This document shows positions 1 to 11,823 of a DNA stretch of 64,000 nucleotides, piece by piece. This DNA comes from an uncultured Phycisphaerales bacterium (GTDB lineage: Bacteria > Planctomycetota > Phycisphaerae > Tepidisphaerales > Tepidisphaeraceae): assembly GCA_963844715.1 (NCBI GenBank), contig CAWJPJ010000006.1, positions 1,152,001 to 1,216,000 on the forward strand, in the 5' to 3' direction. Below the pieces are notes generated by a model, which was given only the letters and a program-made list of their open reading frames with translations, was not told where the DNA came from and made no database searches. The first letter of the stretch is position 1. Every line of letters starts with the position of its first letter. A program made the position numbers and the translations under genes.

Positions 1-39
1 AAATTCGATAAACTCGCTAATTTTGTTATAATTCGATTC

Positions 40-1233
40 ATGAATCGTGTAACCAATCCTTTTGCGCCCGGGGCAGGGACTCCCCCACCTGAACTTGCCG
101 GTCGCGATGACGTGCGCGAAACATTCCGCGTTGCCCTTGAGCGCGTGCGTCGAAGGCTGCCGACCAGGAGCGGTCTGATGGTCGGGTTGCGCGGGGTCGG
201 AAAGACGGTCCTTTTGGACCGCATGCGAACGGACGCCGAAGCGGTTGGAATCCATACTTTGCGAATCGAGGCGCCGGAAGATCGTTCACTGCCAGCCCTC
301 TTGGCTCCCGAAATCCGCAAAGCGCTGCTGAGGCTGTCCAGAAATAAAGCAGCGGCCGAACTCGCCAAGCGGTCGCTCAGCGCCCTCGCGGGATTCGCAA
401 AGAGTCTCAAGGTTAAATACAAGGACATCGAAGTCGGATTCGACGCCGAGCCTCAGCCGGGCTTGGCCGATAACGGCGACCTCGAGCACGACTTGCAGGA
501 TTTGTTTGCCTCTGCCGGGGAAGCCGCAGTTAAAGCCGACACTGCGCTGGCTATCTTTGCCGACGAATTGCAATACGTTAGGGAAGACGAACTGGCTGCT
601 TTAATCACCTCCCTTCACCGTACAGCGCAACAACGTCTTCCGGTGGTCTTAATCGGTGCTGGACTACCGCAGTTGAGGGGAAGAATGGGTCGAGCAAAAT
701 CCTATGCGGAACGGATGTTTGACTTCCCGGAGATTGGTCCGCTTTCGGCCGATTCAGCGCGACTTGCCATTGAAAAACCGCTTCGTGACAACAAAGTGGA
801 TATATATCCAAATGCGCGTGAGCGCATCGTAGTCCAGACGCGCGGATATCCCTATTTCTTGCAGGAATGGGGGAAACACTCATGGAATGTAGCTGCCAAG
901 TCTCCAATCATGGAAAGCGATGTGAAGGCAGCATCGAAGGAAGCGATAGCGGCTCTTGACGAAAGCTTTTTTAGCGTACGGTATGATCGCCTTACTCCGG
1001 CGGAAAAAAGATATCTGCGGGCAATGGCAGAATTGGGCCCCGGCCCACATCGCTCTGGAGATATTGCTGACCAATTGGATAGCGCCGTGACAGCGCTCGG
1101 ACCGGTAAGGGGCAAGCTCATTTCGAAAGGCATGATCTGGAGTCCAACTCACTGCGATACGGCCTTTACTGTTCCCCTCTTCGATGAATTTATGCGGCGG
1201 AAGATGCCGGGCATGGAATGGAAAACTTCGTAG
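40..1233 (+). CDS. AAA ATPase (AAA_16-like) with probable C-terminal winged helix
   Basis: 397 aa; N-terminal NPFAPGAGTPPPELAGRD, Walker A GLRGVGKT, Walker B IFADELQ; lower GC than flanks by eye. Confidence 0.8.
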   Translation: MNRVTNPFAPGAGTPPPELAGRDDVRETFRVALERVRRRLPTRSGLMVGLRGVGKTVLLDRMRTDAEAVGIHTLRIEAPEDRSLPALLAPEIRKALLRLSRNKAAAELAKRSLSALAGFAKSLKVKYKDIEVGFDAEPQPGLADNGDLEHDLQDLFASAGEAAVKADTALAIFADELQYVREDELAALITSLHRTAQQRLPVVLIGAGLPQLRGRMGRAKSYAERMFDFPEIGPLSADSARLAIEKPLRDNKVDIYPNARERIVVQTRGYPYFLQEWGKHSWNVAAKSPIMESDVKAASKEAIAALDESFFSVRYDRLTPAEKRYLRAMAELGPGPHRSGDIADQLDSAVTALGPVRGKLISKGMIWSPTHCDTAFTVPLFDEFMRRKMPGMEWKTS

Positions 1234-1248
1234 GTCGATTGATCCGCG

Positions 1249-2292
1249 TTACTTACTGCGGGCCGAGCTAACTGAAACAGTTTTGCCTTGTGCCGCCGAT
1301 TCATACGCCGCCACCACCACCGCCAAATCCCGGCGGCCCATTTCGCCGTCCATCATCGGGTTCTTCCCGGCTCGGACCGCCTCGATGAACATTCTTTGCG
1401 GATTGATCGGACTGGCCGCGTCATCGAGCACGCGCGGCGGCATGTAGCACACCTTCTTCTTCCCCGGCGTGTCGTATTCAATCCAATCGCTCGAATACGC
1501 CCGATCCAGATTTAATTCGATTTCGTTCTCCCTCTCGAGCATTTTCACCCAGCCGGCGGTTCCGAAAATCTCCCGGCTCATTCCCTCCGATGCATATCCG
1601 CTGTCAAACGTCCCCAACACTCCGTCTCCAAACTTCGCGAGGCAAACCGTGACGTCGTCTCCGCCAATGTTTGGCGAAAACTGATTTGCGCTGAAGGCGC
1701 TGACCTCCGTGATCGGCGAATCCAGCCACCATTGCATCAGATTGATCGCATGGATTGAAAGTTGGATGAAGCTCCCGCCGCCGGTCTGATCCCGGCTGCT
1801 TCGCCAGGACGGCGCGGAGGGATGCCGCATCCCGCCGCGGTGCGAATCCCGGGCCCGGATGCTCTGGATTTTTCCGAGATATCCCTCTTCGACCAATCGC
1901 TTGATCTCCCAGACCATGGGGTTTGCGAAGCTGCTGAGATAAATCCCCAGCCGCCCCTTGCTCCCTGCCGCGGCGAGCAAAATGCGATCGGCGGCCTCTA
2001 ATGTATTGGCGATCGGCTTTTGCAGGAGGACATGCTTTCCAGCCACCAGCGCGGCGACCGCCTGCTCCTCGTGCAGATGGTTTGGGGTGGAGATGTCGAC
2101 CATGTCGATCCCCTCCGCGAGCGAATCCGCGAAATTCGCGGTGGTGTGCTTCGCCCCCTCGGCCCGGCAAAGCTCCAACTGCTCGGGATTCAGATCAATG
2201 GCCAGCGACCATTCCACATCCGGCAACGCCGCATAAACCTTGCGGTAATTCTTCGCCATCCCCCCGGCTCCAACCAACGCAACATGGAACAT
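1249..2292 (-). CDS. Gfo/Idh/MocA family oxidoreductase
   Basis: VALVGAGGMA Rossmann start, ISTPNHLH, KHVLLQKP, GGG..I...IH motifs. Confidence 0.9.
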   Translation of the reverse strand: MFHVALVGAGGMAKNYRKVYAALPDVEWSLAIDLNPEQLELCRAEGAKHTTANFADSLAEGIDMVDISTPNHLHEEQAVAALVAGKHVLLQKPIANTLEAADRILLAAAGSKGRLGIYLSSFANPMVWEIKRLVEEGYLGKIQSIRARDSHRGGMRHPSAPSWRSSRDQTGGGSFIQLSIHAINLMQWWLDSPITEVSAFSANQFSPNIGGDDVTVCLAKFGDGVLGTFDSGYASEGMSREIFGTAGWVKMLERENEIELNLDRAYSSDWIEYDTPGKKKVCYMPPRVLDDAASPINPQRMFIEAVRAGKNPMMDGEMGRRDLAVVVAAYESAAQGKTVSVSSARSK

Positions 2293-2324
2293 GCTGAACC
2301 TTCCGCTAGAATTCTCTTACCGCG

Positions 2325-4416
2325 ATGAATCTCCCAGACGGTCGCATCTTCCATCATATTCGCTCCGCTCTGGTTCGCTATCTGTCAATCCTTCTCATCG
2401 TCGCCAGTCTGAGTTCCACCGCGGAGGCCCAGACCACGCTCAAAGCGGTTTATGGATGGGGCACCGCTGCGCGCCTTGGCCGGTGGACGCCGCTGTTGGC
2501 CACCGTCCGGGTTCCCGACCCCGATCCCATCGAAGCCATCCTGCAAATCGAAGGCACCTACGGCACCGGGGCGGCTCTCTGCATCAGTCAGCCCATGGTC
2601 GTCGAATCCCGGCCTAGAACCTATCTCCTCCTTTTTCCTCTGAATGCCGACCCGACAAAACTCGCCGTCACCCTCCGGCGAGAATCCGACAATAGAATTC
2701 TCGCCACTAAGGTCCTGCTCGACCCGCAGGTGTTCACGCCCGCGGGGCACATCCCGCCGACGATTCTCGCCGCCAACGGACCATTGATCGGCATCGGCGG
2801 AAACGTCGCCGACGCGTTGCTGCTTCAATCGCAATTGTCGCAGACAGGACTAACCGCTGGAATTTTGAGTGAAATGAAACTTCCCGCCGCGTCCGTCGGA
2901 TACGAAAGTGCCGCCGCCCTTCTTCTGGCCGAGCCGGATTTCCAGGAGTTGGACGCCGATCAGCAGCGCGCCATCGTCGATTGGGTCGCCGCCGGCGGTA
3001 ATCTCGTGGTCATCCCTCCGGCCAATTCCCTGCCGCAGCAGCTTCCGCTGGACATCCTGCTTCCGTGCGACATCGGCGTAGACCAATCCGTCCCGCTTCC
3101 CCCGGGCGTCGCCCAGATCTCCCCCGCGGCCGGGGCCGGCGGCCAGAGCGGAATCGCAATCGAGCCGACAACTGAACCGACAACCGGGCCGGCAACTGTC
3201 CCCGTCGAAGTCAACGGCCGCCAGCTTCGCCCGTGTGACGGCGCGATCCCAATCGAATTGTTAAATGGCGGCCGTCCCTGGACCGCCTGGTCGCGGCGCT
3301 GGGGCCTGGGCCGCGTCGTGGTTCTTCCCGCCGACGTCTCGGCGCTCCAATTCGCCGACTCTGATCAAACGATCGCCTTCTGGCGGAAGATCTTCGCGGG
3401 AATGCTCGAGGTTCCGGGCCACAAAACGATCACCGAAAACCCGGTCAGCGATTCCGAGGAAGACATCATGCCCGTCGGCCCGAAAATGGCGGACGCCATC
3501 GGCCGCGGTCCCCGGGAAACGCTCGCTATCCGCCATCTTCTGGATTTCCTCGACGCCTCGACATTGCAGCCCGGCGCGAGCTGGAAAACTTTCTTCCTCT
3601 GGCTGGCCGGAATCGGAGCGCTTCTTGGCCCATTCGATTGGATCGTCTCCGTGCGCACTGGCGCATTCCCCTCGCCATTGGGCCACTATCCTGGGTTTTG
3701 TCGCGATGCTGACCGGCGCGACGGGTTACGGGGTCACGTCGCTCCAATCCCCTGAACTCGAAGTCTCCTCGATCCGCCTGATCGACCAGGCCGATGGCAA
3801 AACCGTCGCCACCACCGACCTGCTGGCGGTGCGCTCCACGCATGGCCAGACCCTCCCCGTCCAGCTTGACCCGGCCGAGTGGTGGGAGCCGGCCAATCAA
3901 TCGGCGGCCAATTTTTCCGCGAATCGATTTCTGGAATTTGATTGCCAGGAGGATCAATCCGGCTGCCGCCCCGTTCAACTCAAGCTTCGCGCCGGCGATC
4001 CGCAATCCCTCCGCGGCCAAACGATGTCCACCTCACCGCCTGTCTTCGACGTCTCGCTGAAACTCCAAGACGGGTCCGCCGTTGGGACCCTCACCAATCT
4101 TTCCAATAGCACCATCGAAAATATTCAAATTGCCGGGGCCGCCGGCGTCGGCGAAATCGACGGCTCCCTGCGCTCCGGCGCGACCATCGTCGTGAATTGT
4201 CCGCTGAAAGGGTCCGCGATCAACCTGGAAGGACTTTCCCCCGACGCTCTGGACATCACGCCCGATCGCACCGACCGCATCTCGGCTCTGATTGCCGATG
4301 GCTCGGTCCTATGCGTCTACGGCCAACTCCCCGAAGCCCCCGCCCCCCACACGATCGACGCTGCGGCAACTTACACGCACAGGGAAATCATCCGCGCGGT
4401 CGCCGCCCCCGACTGA
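2325..4416 (+). CDS. Exported/membrane protein with a class-I glutamine amidotransferase-like central domain (frameshift near 3660)
   Basis: Signal peptide, QQRAIVDWVAAGGNLVV motif, TM segments; coding continues from ORF 2325..3755 into the frame of ORF 3265..4416. Confidence 0.55.
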
Positions 4417-4438
4417 TCCCCCGTTCGCAGAATCCTAT

Positions 4439-4482
4439 CCCCTCTCCCCGTGTAATCGCGGGGAGAGGGCCAGGGTGAGGGG
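4439..4482. repeat. REP-like palindrome, CCCTCTCCC...GGGAGAGGG family
   Basis: ccctctccccg-tgtaatcg-cggggagaggg followed by ccagggtgagggg; related copies at 26164, 27191, 45797, 47007. Confidence 0.8.
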
Positions 4483-4557
4483 CGGTTTTCGACCGTAGAG
4501 CCGCGCCCCTCCCCGTCCCGCGGAAACTGGCCGAGGGCGAGGGAGAGGCGATGGCGC

Positions 4558-4603
4558 AAAAAAAAGGAGGCGGGCGGAGTCGTGGTGACTCCGCCCGCCT
4601 CCT
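4558..4603 (-). terminator. Rho-independent terminator of the tad operon
   Basis: 17-bp perfect stem aggaggcgggcggagtc/gactccgcccgcctcct with a T-run on the minus strand. Confidence 0.85.
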
Positions 4604-4642
4604 GGAGTAGTCCAGGGCCTTCATCCCTCCGGAAGACCCCGT

Positions 4643-5142
4643 TTAGTGGCCTGAGGAGGAACCCGAGCCGCCGCCGACGTCAGAGGCGGTGTCGGTCTTG
4701 CCATAGTTCTGCGCCGAATCGCCGATGGTGTTGGTGTTATCCGGATTCGCGCCCAGCGTGATCAGGATTTGCGACGCCTTCAGGCCGCCCTTGTCCATCA
4801 GGTAATGGCTCACCGACGTCTGCCGGGCAGCGCCTGCGAGTCATTGGGAATGTCCAGATAAACGGCCATCGGATTCTTCGAGTGCGAATCCGCGAGCATC
4901 AGGTCCAGCTTCGCCTTGCCCAGCGAGCTGAGCGCGGCGGCGTCAAAGTGGTCCGCATACAGGGTGGCGTCGCTTTGAGCGCCCGCCTCCTTCTGCGTAT
5001 CCAGGAGCTGTCCCTGCTCCTGCTTTTCAACATCGGGGTTGAAGTTGATGGCATAATTCCGGCCGGTCTGCTGTTCGCAGGCCGTCACCAGCGCCAAGGC
5101 CGCCAGCAAATTCACCGCTCCGATGCGTTTGAGATTGAGCAT
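4643..5142 (-). CDS. Lipoprotein at the end of the tad operon (frameshift near 4820); possible pilotin/CpaD-like
   Basis: MLNLKRIGAVNLLAALALVTA|C lipobox; read manually to ...ITLGANPDNTN...GH* at 4643. Confidence 0.55.
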
Positions 5143-5218
5143 AAGGTTCTCCAAAATCTTCCATCGACCGTTTACACGCCGTATTTGAGCTTTACAGGCA
5201 TTTTCGACCATTTCCGAG

Positions 5219-6126
5219 TTATTTCATCAGCGGGCTGTTCATCAGTTCGATAACTGTCGGACCCAGCAAAACGATAAACGTCGCGGGGAAGATGAACAGC
5301 ACCAGCGGGAAGCTGAGCTTGACCGCGCTCTTCGCCGCCATCTCCTCGGCCCGGTGGTGCCGCGCCAATCGCAGCGATTCGGCGTGAATTCGCAGCGCCT
5401 GCGCGATACTGGTTCCGAATCGATCCGCCTGGTTCAACATCGCCGACAGCGAAATCAGCGAGGCATTGCCGGTTCGCAAACCGAGGTTCTTGAGCGCCTC
5501 CTGCCGCGCAGGCCCACGCGCGTTTCCATGTGGGCGATGCCGAATTCGCGGCTGATCGCCGGGTGCACCAGGGCCAATTCCTCGCCGACCCTCTGCATCG
5601 CGGCGTCCATCGTCAGACCGGCTTCGACGCAGACGACCATGAGGTCCATCGCGTCGGCCAGGCCCAGCTCGAGCGCCTGCTGGTTTCCCTTGACCTTGAA
5701 TCGCAACCACATCGTCGGCGACAGATATCCGATCAGGCCCATCACCGAGACGAACGCCATCATGTTCCCCATGAACAGGCTGGCGACGTAACCCAGGATC
5801 ACGCCGCTGGAAATTCCGATGAACTTCAGACCCTGGATGGTACGCAGGGCGGAAGTCGAATAGATGCCCGCCTTGCGCAGTTCGCTCTGAAGCTTGGACG
5901 CTTTCTCGCGCGTGCTGGGCATGAACGGCTTGGACGCCGCCTGCCCGAGCTGCTGCAAGAGCGGGGTCACCGAGGTCTTCTTCTCGATCGACGTCTTGCC
6001 CCTGCCCTGAAGACGAGAACGCAGTTTTCCCTGGTCCTCGTCGCCCAGCAGCAGCGTCGAAATCCAATACGTCAGCGCCGCTATCGAGGCGAACGCGCTG
6101 GTCAGTAGTATGACTGTCTGGTTCAT
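5219..6126 (-). CDS. tadC: Tad pilus inner-membrane protein TadC (T2SS F family), frameshift near 5500
   Basis: [50 protein letters not shown]. Confidence 0.9.
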
Positions 6127-6147
6127 GGCTAATTCCTTACGACAAAA

Positions 6148-7114
6148 TCACACCTTTAGCGTGGTGATTTTCTGAATCGCCACGGTTCCAATCACGAGCA
6201 TCGATCCGGCAACCACCAGCAGCCAGATGCCCGTCGTCGTATGCAGAAGCATCTGGGCGTAATGCGGGTTGAGGAAATAGACAATAAAGAACATCACGAT
6301 CGGGAAGCAGACCAGGATGTACCCGGTGAAACGTCCCTCTGCGGTCTTCGCCTTGACGTGCTGTTGCAGCCGGATTCGGGCGCGGATCATGCCGCTGATA
6401 TTGTTGAGCACTTCCGACAGATCGCCGCCGGTTTGCCGCTGAATCAGGACCGCCGTGACGAAGAATCCGAAGTCCGGGTTGTCCACGCGAATGGCCGCGT
6501 CCTTCAGCGCCTCTTCCAGCGACTGGCCCAGACTGTGCTGGTCGTAGCAACGGCGGAATTCGTTCGACAACGGCTGGGGCAATTCCTCGGCCATCATCTG
6601 CAAGCCCGTGCTCAAGCTGTGCCCGGCACGCAAAATTCGTGAAAGAAAGTCCAAGGCCTCGGGAAGCTGGTCCATCATCAGCCGATCCAGCCGATTTCGC
6701 CGATTCGCCAGGTACAGGAACGGCGCAGGCCAATGCAGCGGCCGCGCAAAATCCGATAAACGGCTCGCCGGACACCACGGTTCCAACCACCCCGCCGAAT
6801 ACCGCCATCGCGACAACGATGAAGATGAATTTGGCAAGATTCATCGAAGGCCAGGTCTGTTGAACCTTCCGGGCCACGCCGTACATCAGCGGCAGTTTGG
6901 CGAGCACGCCGGAAAACCCCTGGATCTCGGTCTGGCGGCGAACCACGGTGAGCGTCGCGGGATCGAACCCGTCGCTCTTCCCTTCGCCGCTCAAACGCTG
7001 TTCCAGACGACGTTTTCCTTCGCTCAGGCCGCCGACCAATTGAACGATCCCGAATAACAGCATCGAGACCGTTACGGCAGCAAGTATGGGCAGCATGAAC
7101 TGTTGCATAACCAT
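6148..7114 (-). CDS. tadB: Tad pilus protein TadB, frameshift near 6730
   Basis: QLPEALDFLSRILRAGHS, IQRQTGGDLSEVL, KAKTAEGR. Confidence 0.9.
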
Positions 7115-7153
7115 CCGCGGTCTTAGTCCCGCGTCCTCTAAAACACACCCGTC

Positions 7154-8605
7154 CTAATGAATCTCGATTTTTCTCCGCGCAAAAAGTTCGGTGGGCAGCG
7201 AGATGCCGCGCGACTCGATGCGTTCGGCGACGCGCGGCCTGATCCCGGTCACGAGAAAATGTCCGACCGCGTGACCGTCAACGTCCACGCCGGTCTGCTC
7301 GTACACGAACAGATCGTGCGTCTGTAGATTGTCCCCTTCCATTCCGGTTATTTCGCTGACGCGCGTGACGCGGCGTTTTCCGCCCGGGAGTCGCGCCGCC
7401 TGCACGATCAATTGGATCGCGCTGGCCGCCTGGTTTCTCAAGGCGCGCAGCGGGATGTCGTACCCCGCCATCGCGATCATCACTTCCAGACGCGCGATCG
7501 CGTCGCGCGTGGTATTGGCGTGAATCGTCGTCATCGATCCTTCGTGACCCGTGTTCATCGCCTGGAGCATGTCCAGCGCCTCGGCGGATCGCACTTCGCC
7601 GATGATGATCCGATCCGGACGCATACGCAGACAGTTCTTCACGAGGTCGCGCTGCGTCACTTCGCCGCGACCTTCGATGTTCGGCGGACGCGTTTCCAAT
7701 CGAACCACGTGCGGCTGCTGAAGCTGAAGTTCCGCGGCGTCCTCGATCGTCACGACGCGCTCGCCGGATGGAATGTAACGCGACAGGCAGTTCAGCAATG
7801 TCGTTTTGCCCGAACCGGTGCCGCCGCTGATCAAAATATTGCAACGCGCCTGCACCGCCGAGGAGAGAAAATCCATGACCGCCGGCGGAAACGCGCCGTG
7901 CCGGATCAGGTCTTCCAGTTGCAGCGGCTTGGCGCCGAATCGGCGAATGCTCATCGCCGGTCCATCCAGCGCCAGCGGGGGGATGATCGCGTTCACGCGG
8001 CTTCCGTCCGCGAGGCGGGCGTCCACCATCGGGCTGGTTTCGTCCACACGCCGTCCGACCAGGGCGACGATGCGGTCGATGATCTGCCGCAAATGCTGAT
8101 TGTCCCGGAACCGGACCTCCACGCGCTCGAGCCGACCCTGGCGTTCCACGTAAACCTTGTCGAATCGGTTGACCAGAATATCCGTGATGGTCGGATCCTT
8201 AAGGAGGATTTCCAGCGGTCCAAGTCCGAAGGTCTCATCCATGACCTCGTCCATCAGCCGTTCCTGCTCCTGGCTGGTCAGCAGGCTGCGCTCGTTTTGG
8301 CACAAATCCTTGATGACCACGCGAACCTCGGCGCGAACCGTGTCCGGGGGCAGCGTCCGCAGATTTTGTACGTCCAAACGCTCCACCAGTTGCTGGTGGA
8401 TGCGAACCTTCAACTGATCAAAGTGCTGGGTTCGCTCGGTGACGATCGGCGCGATATTCACCGGGCGCGGAGGCGGCGCATGCAGCGGGGCAACGACCGC
8501 GGGCCGCGGCACGTCCGCGGCTTTGGGGTTCGCTTGCAGACCCACTGCGTCCGCCGGCCCTGCCGGTGGAGCGTGCTGCTGGCTGCCTCGTGTAAACAAT
8601 CCCAT
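7154..8605 (-). CDS. tadA: Tad pilus ATPase TadA/CpaF
   Basis: [41 protein letters not shown]. Confidence 0.95.
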   Translation of the reverse strand: MGLFTRGSQQHAPPAGPADAVGLQANPKAADVPRPAVVAPLHAPPPRPVNIAPIVTERTQHFDQLKVRIHQQLVERLDVQNLRTLPPDTVRAEVRVVIKDLCQNERSLLTSQEQERLMDEVMDETFGLGPLEILLKDPTITDILVNRFDKVYVERQGRLERVEVRFRDNQHLRQIIDRIVALVGRRVDETSPMVDARLADGSRVNAIIPPLALDGPAMSIRRFGAKPLQLEDLIRHGAFPPAVMDFLSSAVQARCNILISGGTGSGKTTLLNCLSRYIPSGERVVTIEDAAELQLQQPHVVRLETRPPNIEGRGEVTQRDLVKNCLRMRPDRIIIGEVRSAEALDMLQAMNTGHEGSMTTIHANTTRDAIARLEVMIAMAGYDIPLRALRNQAASAIQLIVQAARLPGGKRRVTRVSEITGMEGDNLQTHDLFVYEQTGVDVDGHAVGHFLVTGIRPRVAERIESRGISLPTELFARRKIEIH

Positions 8606-8645
8606 ATCGCCAACTCACAATGCAAAAGCTTCCACGCGCCGGCAT

Positions 8646-9806
8646 TTACGCCGCCACGATTGATCCTCCGGATCCGGACGCCGTAGCCGCCGGCTTGTTC
8701 GTCAGTTTCGCCGCCAGCTCCATGAGGCTCTCGCTGATTTCCGTCTTCGGCGACCGCAAAACCACCGGCTCGCCGAAATTGATGGCTCCAATCGCCGTCT
8801 TGAAATCGTTGGGAACCTGCCAGAAGACCTTCAGACCCAGCAAGCGTTCCAATTCGTCCGGCTCAATGTCGTTCCCCTTCTTCACGAACCGGTTCACGAC
8901 CGTCCGGATCTTCACCGATTCCACGCCCATTCGACGCAGCGCACCGACGAACCGCTCGGCGTTTTTCGCGCTGGGCACGTTCAGTTGCATGGTCAGCACG
9001 TGAAGGTCCGACTGCTGGATGATCGCCGCATACATCGGCGAAATACTCATGATCGAGTCGATGACCACGTAATCGAATACGCGGCTCAGCACGTTCAGCA
9101 GGCGGAGCAACCCCGCCTGGTTCACGCGCTGCGTGTCTTCGGGCAATTCGGGCCTGGCCAGAATCGCCAGGTTGCTCTTCTTGTGGATCACCAGGGCGTT
9201 GTCCAAAAGCTGTTTGTCGAGCTTCTCGCCCGCGTCCATCACGTCGGCGATCGTGTAGCGCGCCCGCGTGTCGAAATAGCTCGCCACGCCGCCGCGCATC
9301 AGATCCAGATCGATCAGCACGGTCTTCCCGCTCTGGGCCAGCGATGCGGCGACGTTGCAGGCGATCGTCGTCGATCCGCAACCGCCCACCGTGGGGACCA
9401 CCTGGATGATCCGAGCCCGTTTTCCCATGCCGTGCATTTGCGCGACGCGCTCGACGGCGGAGGAAAACTTCTGCTCGCTGATCGGAAGCGGAATGAATTC
9501 CCGAATGCCAAGGTGCATCGCCTCCATGAGGAGGTTCGGATCCACCGTCTGGCTCATCAGGAAAAAGCTGACGCCCGGGAACTGCCGCGGAAAGCCCGAA
9601 ATCTTTCGGAGCGTTTCCTGCGGCATGGGGTCGAGATTGACGATCGCCAGGGTCGGCGCCTCCGGCCGACCCAGCAATTCGCTCAGGTGATCCACGGTGT
9701 TCAGTTGAGCCACCGGTTGAGCGCCGAAGTGCGTGAGGAACGCGGCCAATTCTTCCCGATTGGCCTGGTCGGCATCAACGATGACACAAGTCAGCTGAAC
9801 ATACAT
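8646..9806 (-). CDS. cpaE: TadZ/CpaE (receiver-like domain + MinD-like ATPase)
   Basis: Degenerate receiver N-terminus, GGCGSTTIACNVA deviant Walker A; operon position. Confidence 0.85.
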   Translation of the reverse strand: MYVQLTCVIVDADQANREELAAFLTHFGAQPVAQLNTVDHLSELLGRPEAPTLAIVNLDPMPQETLRKISGFPRQFPGVSFFLMSQTVDPNLLMEAMHLGIREFIPLPISEQKFSSAVERVAQMHGMGKRARIIQVVPTVGGCGSTTIACNVAASLAQSGKTVLIDLDLMRGGVASYFDTRARYTIADVMDAGEKLDKQLLDNALVIHKKSNLAILARPELPEDTQRVNQAGLLRLLNVLSRVFDYVVIDSIMSISPMYAAIIQQSDLHVLTMQLNVPSAKNAERFVGALRRMGVESVKIRTVVNRFVKKGNDIEPDELERLLGLKVFWQVPNDFKTAIGAINFGEPVVLRSPKTEISESLMELAAKLTNKPAATASGSGGSIVAA

Positions 9807-9861
9807 GGCGATGACTCTTCCTTAAGACAGACACTGGATCCACCCGTGCCACCTTCTTCTC

Positions 9862-11761
9862 TTATTTCAGAGAATCCGAGGCTCCGGCCGTCTGCTGCGG
9901 ATTGCTGTTGGCCGGACTGAATCCATATTGACCCTGGAACAGCGGCGGAGGCGCACTGGGATCGGCGGTCGGTTGCGCCTTCTTCGCCGGCGCCGGGGCG
10001 GAAGCCGTCGGCGTCGTCGGAGTACTCGGAGTTGCCGGGGCAATGACCAGTGGCGTTTCGACCGCCGGCTTCGCAGGCGTCGGAGCCGCAGCCGCTGGGG
10101 CCGCGGGTATCGGGGCCGCAGCTATCGGGGCCGGGGTCGCCGCCTTCACGGGCGCTGGCGCGCTTGGCGGGCACTACCGCCTGCACGGGCGTTGCCGGCG
10201 CTTCTGGAGCCGCAGCTATAGGAGCCACCGGTCGGATCGGTGCCAAAGCCGCCGCGGGCGTTGGCGGAATCTGCCGCACCTGGGCCGGCTCGACTTCCGC
10301 CGCCATCGGCGCCACGGGGGCACCCGGAGGCGCGGCGCTCAGGTCTTCGCCGCCAAGGTCCTTGAACAGGTACAATTCATACGGTTTCGGATCACGCCAC
10401 TTCTCGCCCGGAACGGTGGTCACATCGCCCGGATCCATCGGGTGAACCAGAACCGGCGTCACCAGGATCACGACTTCCGTTTCGTTGCGCTGATATTGCA
10501 CCGAGCGGAAGAGCGGCCCAATGATCGGCAGATCGCCCAATATGGGGAACTGCGAATTCGCCGCAGAGATGTTGTCCTGAAGGAGCCCGGCCAGTGCCAG
10601 CGTCTGCCCTTCGCCCATCTCGACCGTTGTTTCAACTTCACGCTGGGTCAGGCCGGGAACCGTGGTCCCGTTCACGCTGATCGAATGCGCAAAGTCCAGT
10701 TCGCTCACGTTCGGCTCGACCTTCAGGCGGATATGCCCGTTGCCCAGCACGATGGGCACGAACTTCAGGTCCACGCCGTAAGGCTGGAACTGAATCGTGA
10801 TCGTCGAGCCGCCGTTGCCCGGTTGGGGCACCGGATACGGGAATTGGCCGCCGGCAAGAAAGTGAGCTTCCTGACCGCTGGTCGTCACCAGGTTCGGTTC
10901 GGCAAGCAGCCTCAGCACGTTGTTTGTTTCAAGAGCATTGACGAAGTACGCGAACGCGACACTTCCGAACTGGCCGGTTCCGAACGTCTCCGCCGACGAA
11001 AGCGCGCCGGTGGGAATCGCCAGCAGGTTCGGCGTGCCCGCTCCACCCGGGGTGATGCCCAGGGGATTGGCGCCGAGGTTTGAACCCCAGATCGAGATGC
11101 CGTCTTGCCCGCCGAAGTTGAAACCAAGCTCCTGTTCGGCTTGTTTGCTGACCTCGGCGATCTTCACTTGAAGCATGATCTGCTCGCCGCCAGCAACTTC
11201 CAGAAGGTTTAGCACCTTGCCGTAGTTCGAGGCGACTTCGCCAGCCTCTTCGGCGTCTTTGAACGATGTCACGCGCCCGCGGAGGGTCAGAGCCCCGCCG
11301 GTCTCATCGACGGTGATGTCCGCGTTGGGGAACATCTCCTTGAGATGTTTGCGAAGCATCTCGATGTCCGAGGCCACGACGACGTTGATAATCGAGGTAT
11401 GGTCCGCGTCGTCCCAGATGATGAGCTGGGTCTGGCCCGCCTTCTTGCCGGTCACCAGCAGGTCGTTCGGACCCAGCGGAACGACGTCCGCGATATCCGG
11501 AATGAGGATGTTCGCTCGCTTGATCCTCTGGCTGATCGAAACCTTCTGCGCGTTGCCGGGCTGAAGAACGATCTTTTCAAAGCCGTCGGGCGTCGTCACG
11601 GCGCCGGCGTCCTGATCGGGGACGCTGGCCGCCTGATCGTCGGCGGTCGCCAACGTCCGCAGCGCCAGCAACGCCGTCAGCGCCGCCGTCACATAACCAA
11701 TTCGACGCCCCAATTTCACACACCGCTTTGTTTCAACGCTCGTCTCGGATGTAAATCGCAT
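9862..11761 (-). CDS. rcpA: Tad secretin RcpA/CpaC with Pro/Ala-rich C-terminal tail (frameshift near 10150)
   Basis: QIMLQVKIAEV, LAEPNLVTTSGQEAHFLAGG, PILGDLPIIGPLFRS, ETEVVILVTP. Confidence 0.9.
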
Positions 11762-11823
11762 GATCGGACCCTTTGGGGTTAATGGACCTTCCTGTCCCTC
11801 CTGACCAGAATCATTCCCTTGCG

